Source of the DNA: Faecalimonas sp.
GTDB lineage: Bacteria; Bacillota; Clostridia; Lachnospirales; Lachnospiraceae
DNA: 64,000 bases
Direction of reading: 5' to 3'
Assembly (NCBI GenBank): GCA_045649385.1
Contig: JAZRPT010000071.1
Location: 7,160-71,159 of the forward strand
In this document: positions 58,950 to 64,000 of the stretch, one piece after another
Numbering within the stretch: the stretch's first letter is position 1
How the letters are laid out: each line of letters begins with the position of its first letter
Program-made: the position numbers and the translations under genes
The notes under the pieces: generated by a model
Database searches by the model: none
What the model was told of the DNA's origin: nothing
The model's input: the letters and a program-made list of their open reading frames with translations, nothing else

Positions 58950-59345
58950 TTAACTTATCTTTGTGAATTCGGTTTTACATTTTGGACATGTGATACAAAT
59001 ACGACCTTTCCCACGCGGGATACGGATTTTCTGCTTGCATGTCGGACACTTGTATATGTGATGTGTCTTGCGTTGTTTCATGATTGATTTTTCAGAACGT
59101 AGCTTTGATACAATCTTATTTTTGATATTCAGATATTTTATGTTTTCCTGGTAGCGTTTTTGGATATTTCTTGAAAACATGCGATAGTACATATAGAACA
59201 ATAATCCAAGTGACAGTAACGAAAGGATTGCGTTGTTTACAAATAAATTCACGCCCCAAAGGATCATCCAAACAATCATTAAAAATTTGGAGAATGCGTC
59301 CATTCCGTAGCGTCCCATCATAAATCTTTGAAATCTTTCTCTCAT
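58950..59345 (-). CDS. Membrane protein with C-terminal zinc ribbon
   Basis: FMMGRYGMD, 2 TM helices, CPTCKQKIRIPRGKG..ITCPKC. Confidence 0.85.
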   Translation of the reverse strand: MRERFQRFMMGRYGMDAFSKFLMIVWMILWGVNLFVNNAILSLLSLGLLFYMYYRMFSRNIQKRYQENIKYLNIKNKIVSKLRSEKSIMKQRKTHHIYKCPTCKQKIRIPRGKGRICITCPKCKTEFTKIS

Positions 59346-59519
59346 AAATTTTCACCTCGACAAAAAGCATAGCACATTTTTCCAAAAAATAAAATTGTCA
59401 ATTTATAAACAAAAATGAAAATTTTCTAAAAGGATAAAAAAATAGGGTGTGAAAACGTGGAGTGATATGGTATACTATCCGTAAAAGGCAGAGCTAAGAA
59501 CACATAAGGAGCAAATAAT

Positions 59520-60215
59520 ATGAAAAGAGTATTACTAAAGCTAAGTGGAGAAGCACTTGCAGGAGATAAAAAGACGGGCTTCGACGAAGCGACTTGTATT
59601 GGTGTTGCCAAGCAGGTGAAGGAATTAGTAGATGACGGTATTCAGGTTGCAATTGTAACTGGTGGCGGTAATTTCTGGCGCGGAAGAACCAGTGAGACCA
59701 TTGACCGTACGAAAGCGGACCAGATCGGTATGCTTGCAACAGTGATGAACTGTATTTATGTGTCAGACATTTTCAGACACGTTGGTATGCAGACAGAGAT
59801 TTTTACACCATTTACATGCGGAGCATTTACGAAATTATTTTCAAAAGATGCCGCAGTAGAAGCGTTGAATGCAGGGAAAGTGATTTTCTTTGCGGGTGGA
59901 ACGGGACACCCTTATTTTTCAACGGATACGGGAGCTGTTCTTCGTGCAATTGAGATTGAGGCAGACGCCATGTTACTTGCAAAGGCGATTGATGGTATTT
60001 ATGACAGTGATCCGAAGTTGAATCCAGAGGCGAAAAAATATGATGAGATTTCTATTCAGGAGACCATCGATAAGCGTCTGGCGGCAGTGGATTTGGCAGC
60101 ATCTATTCTTTGTATGGAAAATAAAATGCCGATGTTGGTATTTGGTTTGAATGAAAAGAATAGTATTGTTGAGACAATGAAAGGAACATTTACAGGTACG
60201 AAGGTAACTGTATAA
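59520..60215 (+). CDS. pyrH: Uridylate kinase
   Basis: LLKLSGEAL, GGGNFWRG and GHPYFSTD motifs. Confidence 0.97.
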   Translation: MKRVLLKLSGEALAGDKKTGFDEATCIGVAKQVKELVDDGIQVAIVTGGGNFWRGRTSETIDRTKADQIGMLATVMNCIYVSDIFRHVGMQTEIFTPFTCGAFTKLFSKDAAVEALNAGKVIFFAGGTGHPYFSTDTGAVLRAIEIEADAMLLAKAIDGIYDSDPKLNPEAKKYDEISIQETIDKRLAAVDLAASILCMENKMPMLVFGLNEKNSIVETMKGTFTGTKVTV

Positions 60216-60247
60216 TGATAGAAAATTTATAATCGGAGGATTTTATT

Positions 60248-60799
60248 ATGAACGAGAGATTACAAGTATTTGATACAAAGATGCAGAAATCAGTAGCAAG
60301 TTTAGAGGCTGAACTTGCAACCATTCGTGCAGGACGTGCGAACCCAAATGTGTTAAATAAATTAACAGTGGATTATTACGGAATTCCAACACCAATTCAA
60401 CAGGTTGCTAATATTTCCGTTCCGGAAGCGCGTATGATTCAGATTCAACCATGGGAAAAGAGCCTGATTAAAGAAATTGAAAAAGCAATTATGACATCAG
60501 ATATCGGAATTAACCCGAATAATGACGGTTCTGTGATTCGTTTGATTTTCCCTGAATTGACAGAAGACCGAAGAAAAGAAATCGTGAAAGATGTGAAGAA
60601 AAAAGGGGAAGCAGCGAAAGTTGCAATTAGAAACATTCGTCGTGATGGTAATGATGCATTTAAGAAGTTAAAAGGTTCGGAAGTGTCAGAAGACGAAATC
60701 AAAGATTTAGAAGAACAATTACAAAAATTGACTGACAAATACATTGCTAACATTGATAAAGCAATAGATGTGAAGTCAAAAGAGGTACTTACAGTATAG
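60248..60799 (+). CDS. frr: Ribosome recycling factor
   Basis: IRAGRANP, VDYYG and AIRNIRRD motifs. Confidence 0.97.
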   Translation: MNERLQVFDTKMQKSVASLEAELATIRAGRANPNVLNKLTVDYYGIPTPIQQVANISVPEARMIQIQPWEKSLIKEIEKAIMTSDIGINPNNDGSVIRLIFPELTEDRRKEIVKDVKKKGEAAKVAIRNIRRDGNDAFKKLKGSEVSEDEIKDLEEQLQKLTDKYIANIDKAIDVKSKEVLTV

Positions 60800-60813
60800 T
60801 TGAATAAGTGAAG

Positions 60814-60840
60814 AGAGTCTGCTAAGACAGACTCTTTTTT
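60814..60840 (+). terminator. Terminator after frr
   Basis: AGAGTCTG-CTAAGA-CAGACTCT-TTTTT. Confidence 0.7.
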
Positions 60841-60853
60841 AAAGGAGATAGTT

Positions 60854-61573
60854 ATGAACGTACCACAACATATAGCCATTATTTTGGACGGGAATGGTCG
60901 CTGGGCGAAAAAGAAGGGGATGCCGCGAAGCTATGGGCATACGCAAGGTAGTAAAAATGTAGAACGCATTTGTGAGGAAGCATACAAAATGGGAGTGAAA
61001 TATTTGACCGTATATGCTTTTTCAACGGAGAACTGGAAACGTCCGAAAGACGAAGTGGATACGCTGATGAGTTTGCTTCGCAATTATATGAAAACTTGTT
61101 TAAAAACCGCAGAAAAGAATCGGATGCGTGTGCGAGTGATTGGGGACAAGACTGCTTTGGATGCTGATATTCAGAAACGGATTGCTGAACTGGAGGAGGC
61201 CACAAAGAATCATGATGGTCTGTGTTTTCAGATTGCATTGAACTATGGAAGTCGAGATGAAATGATTCGTGCAATGAAGAAGATGGCGGCAGATTGCGTG
61301 GATGGTAAAGTGGGCTTGGAGCAGGTGGATGAAGCTTTGTTTGAGACCTATTTGGATACCCATGATATACCGGACCCGGATTTGATGATACGTACCAGTG
61401 GAGAACAGAGATTGTCTAATTATTTGCTGTGGCAGTTGGCTTACAGTGAGTTCTATTTCACGGACGTGTTATGGCCGGATTTTACGAAAGAGGATTTAGC
61501 AAAGGCGATTGAATACTACAATTGTAGGGATAGGCGCTTTGGCGGTGTGAAGGAGGAAAAAACGAATGTTTAA
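60854..61573 (+). CDS. uppS: Undecaprenyl diphosphate synthase
   Basis: HIAIILDGNGRW, FSTENW and RTSGEQRLSN motifs. Confidence 0.97.
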   Translation: MNVPQHIAIILDGNGRWAKKKGMPRSYGHTQGSKNVERICEEAYKMGVKYLTVYAFSTENWKRPKDEVDTLMSLLRNYMKTCLKTAEKNRMRVRVIGDKTALDADIQKRIAELEEATKNHDGLCFQIALNYGSRDEMIRAMKKMAADCVDGKVGLEQVDEALFETYLDTHDIPDPDLMIRTSGEQRLSNYLLWQLAYSEFYFTDVLWPDFTKEDLAKAIEYYNCRDRRFGGVKEEKTNV

Positions 61574-62366
61574 GACAAGATTATTAAGTGGAATTTTACT
61601 TGTGATTATTGCATTGGCAACGATGATTTCAGGTGGAGATGTTTTGTTTGCCACACTTTTAATGATTAGTTTCATTGGGATGACGGAAATCTATAAAGTG
61701 TTGGAAATCAGCGGTACACTTCTTGGAGTGTCGGGATATGTAGCAGCGGTGGCGTATTATTTCTTGCTCCGTATGAACAGAGCAGATTTGGTGACCATGC
61801 TTTGTATTGTGTATTTAATCTTGATTATGGTTATTTATGTATTTTCCTATCCGAAATACCGTTCCGAGCAGATTATGCTTGCATTTTTTGGATTGTTTTA
61901 TGTAGCATTTATGCTTTCTTATGTATATCAGATTCGTATGCTGGAACAGGGTGCCTTTTTGGTTTGGTTAGTGTTTATCTGTTCATGGGGATGCGATACC
62001 TGTGCATATTGTGTGGGGATGTTATTTGGCAAACACAAAATGGCACCGAAGCTTAGCCCGAAAAAATCGATTGAAGGTGCAGTCGGCGGTGTAGTAGGAG
62101 CAGCACTTCTTGGCGTGCTTTATGCATTGGCGGTGAATCGTTTCTGGGAAGGTGCAAGTGCAGATGTTTTACAATATGCCATTATTTGTGCAGTTGGAGC
62201 GTTGATTTCCATGGTGGGTGACTTGGCGGCATCGGCAATTAAAAGGAACCATGATATTAAGGATTATGGAAATTTAATTCCAGGTCATGGCGGGATTCTG
62301 GACCGTTTTGACAGTGTGATTTTTACAGCGCCGATTATTTATTATATGGCAATTATCTTATTGTAG
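61566..62366 (+). CDS. cdsA: Phosphatidate cytidylyltransferase
   Basis: SPKKSIEG and KDYGNLIPGHGGILDRFDS motifs. Confidence 0.97.
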   Translation: MFKTRLLSGILLVIIALATMISGGDVLFATLLMISFIGMTEIYKVLEISGTLLGVSGYVAAVAYYFLLRMNRADLVTMLCIVYLILIMVIYVFSYPKYRSEQIMLAFFGLFYVAFMLSYVYQIRMLEQGAFLVWLVFICSWGCDTCAYCVGMLFGKHKMAPKLSPKKSIEGAVGGVVGAALLGVLYALAVNRFWEGASADVLQYAIICAVGALISMVGDLAASAIKRNHDIKDYGNLIPGHGGILDRFDSVIFTAPIIYYMAIILL

Positions 62367-62378
62367 GAGATTAACCTG

Positions 62379-63521
62379 ATGAAAAAAATAGCAATTTTAG
62401 GTTCTACAGGTTCTATAGGAACACAAACTTTGGAAGTTGTCAGAGAAAATGGCGATATCCAAGTCTTAGGACTGGCTGCTGGTAATAATATTAAATTATT
62501 AGAGGCGCAAATTCGCGAATTTCACCCGAAAGTAGTTGCGGTCTGGGCAGAGGAAAAGGCGAAAGAACTGCGTGATAATGTGAGAGACATGGATGTTAAG
62601 ATTGTCTCTGGGATGGAAGGATTGATCGAGGTTTCTGTTTTAGAAGGAACAGAAATTTTGGTAACTGCAATTGTGGGAATGATTGGAATACGTCCAACCA
62701 TTGAAGCAATTAAGGCGGGGAAGGATATTGCCCTTGCAAACAAGGAAACCTTAGTGACCGCTGGACATATTATTATGCCGCTTGCTAAAGAACATAACGT
62801 GGCAATCTTGCCGGTTGACAGTGAACATAGTGCGATTTTTCAGTCCTTGCAGGGAAGCTCGCGGGGCGAGCTGCATAAGATTTTACTCACTGCCTCCGGT
62901 GGTCCTTTCCGCGGGAAAACAAGAGAGCAGCTTGTCCATATTCAAGTGGAGGACGCACTTAAGCACCCAAACTGGGAGATGGGAAGGAAGATTACCATTG
63001 ATTCTTCCACTTTGGTGAACAAAGGTCTGGAGGTTATTGAAGCAAAATGGCTGTTTGATGTGGATATTGACCAAATAGAAGTTGTGGTTCATCCACAAAG
63101 TATTATTCATTCCATGGTTGAGTATGTGGATGGTGCAATTATTGCGGAACTCGGAACGCCGGATATGAAATTGCCGATTCAATATGCCCTTTATTATCCG
63201 GAGCGAAGATATCTTCCGGGCGAACGTGTGGATTTTACAACTTTGTCTCAATTGACATTTGAAAAGCCAGATATGGATACCTTTTATGGTTTGCGTCTTG
63301 CAATGGAAGCAGGCAAGGCAGGAGGTTCTCTGCCAACGGTATTTAACGCTGCAAATGAACTTGCAGTCAGCAAATTCTTGAATCGAAAAATTCAATATTT
63401 GGAGATTCCGGAAATTATTGAAACTTGTATGAGTCTTCATAAAAATATTGCATGTCCGACAGTGGATGAAATCTTAAGGACAGAGCAGGAAGTATATGAA
63501 CAAATAGAAAGTAGGTGGTAG
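62379..63521 (+). CDS. dxr: 1-deoxy-D-xylulose-5-phosphate reductoisomerase
   Basis: LGSTGSIG, ANKE, PVDSEH and HPNWEMGRKITIDS motifs. Confidence 0.98.
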   Translation: MKKIAILGSTGSIGTQTLEVVRENGDIQVLGLAAGNNIKLLEAQIREFHPKVVAVWAEEKAKELRDNVRDMDVKIVSGMEGLIEVSVLEGTEILVTAIVGMIGIRPTIEAIKAGKDIALANKETLVTAGHIIMPLAKEHNVAILPVDSEHSAIFQSLQGSSRGELHKILLTASGGPFRGKTREQLVHIQVEDALKHPNWEMGRKITIDSSTLVNKGLEVIEAKWLFDVDIDQIEVVVHPQSIIHSMVEYVDGAIIAELGTPDMKLPIQYALYYPERRYLPGERVDFTTLSQLTFEKPDMDTFYGLRLAMEAGKAGGSLPTVFNAANELAVSKFLNRKIQYLEIPEIIETCMSLHKNIACPTVDEILRTEQEVYEQIESRW

Positions 63522-63522
63522 A

Positions 63523-64000
63523 GTGGGCATCATTCTTGCAATTATTGTTTTTGGATTGATTATTTTTGTGCATGAAATGGGGCACTTCTTACTCGCAAAA
63601 GCAAATGGAATACGTGTGGATGAGTTTTCACTTGGAATGGGACCACGACTTTTCAGTTTCGTGAAAGGTGAGACCAGATATTCTCTGAAACTATTGCCAA
63701 TTGGCGGCTCCTGTATGATGGGGGAAGATGATGTTGAGGATGTTGGCGAAGGAAGCTTTAATAGTAAATCTGTCTGGGCAAGAATTTCTGTTGTAGCGGC
63801 AGGTGCCATTTTCAACTTTATTTTGGCTCTTGTTTTCTCCATGATTGTGGTGGGATATACCGGATATGATGAGCCGATTATCTCGGGGGTAATCGAAGAA
63901 TTTCCGGCGGCAGAAGCCGGAATGCAGGCGGGAGACCGCATTGTTAAGATGAACAATAAAAAGATAAACATCTGGCGAGAGGTCACCTATTACAATATGT
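63523..64000 (+). CDS. rseP: RIP metalloprotease RseP (partial, runs off the window)
   Basis: GTG start; MGIILAIIVFGLIIFVHEMGH (HExxH), FSLGMGP and LPIGG; canonical position after dxr. Confidence 0.93.
   Translation, partial: MGIILAIIVFGLIIFVHEMGHFLLAKANGIRVDEFSLGMGPRLFSFVKGETRYSLKLLPIGGSCMMGEDDVEDVGEGSFNSKSVWARISVVAAGAIFNFILALVFSMIVVGYTGYDEPIISGVIEEFPAAEAGMQAGDRIVKMNNKKINIWREVTYYNM

Noticed and set aside
59346-59519. pyrH not preceded by rpsB-tsf
   Set aside because: Gene order at this junction varies among Bacillota, so this is not evidence of anything novel.
582-63986. Numerous 60-185 aa ORFs antisense or out of frame to long genes (for example 9881-10372, 46288-46773, 46306-46650, 53466-53966, 62883-63440, 63474-63986)
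   Set aside because: They are shadows of well-supported genes, with no recognisable motifs. 63474-63986 is antisense to rseP.
1-64000. tRNA, rRNA or CRISPR arrays
   Set aside because: None was recognised in the intergenic regions by eye.

Overview
AT-rich Bacillota chromosome, probably Lachnospiraceae-like (inferred from gene families and order). Core genes lie at both ends. The left end has a T-box leader and pheS-pheT. The right end has tyrA, an EF-G paralog, trkA-trkH and pyrH-frr-uppS-cdsA-dxr-rseP. Between them (about 3.7-50.4 kb) is an accessory surface-glycan region holding two tandem Wzx/Wzy polysaccharide loci. Locus 1 is of the bacillosamine (PglF/E/C/D-like) type. Locus 2 is a phosphodiester-decorated type with TagD, two LicD and a sulfatase-fold protein. 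Non-glycan cassettes are interleaved. The main candidates for undescribed biology are: (1) an inverted two-gene operon encoding a 2TM-NUDIX-like protein and a PP2C-like phosphatase; (2) a three-gene island led by a PRTase-motif protein and bounded by a repeated 34-37 bp hairpin; (3) an apparently circularly permuted GT2 glycosyltransferase; (4) a duplicated module pairing VanZ genes with an unannotated 42-aa di-cysteine membrane peptide. Decay products include an Rpn C-terminal remnant, an internally deleted DUF4160-like toxin and an IS3-like end. All family calls come from motif recognition by eye; no database searches were run.
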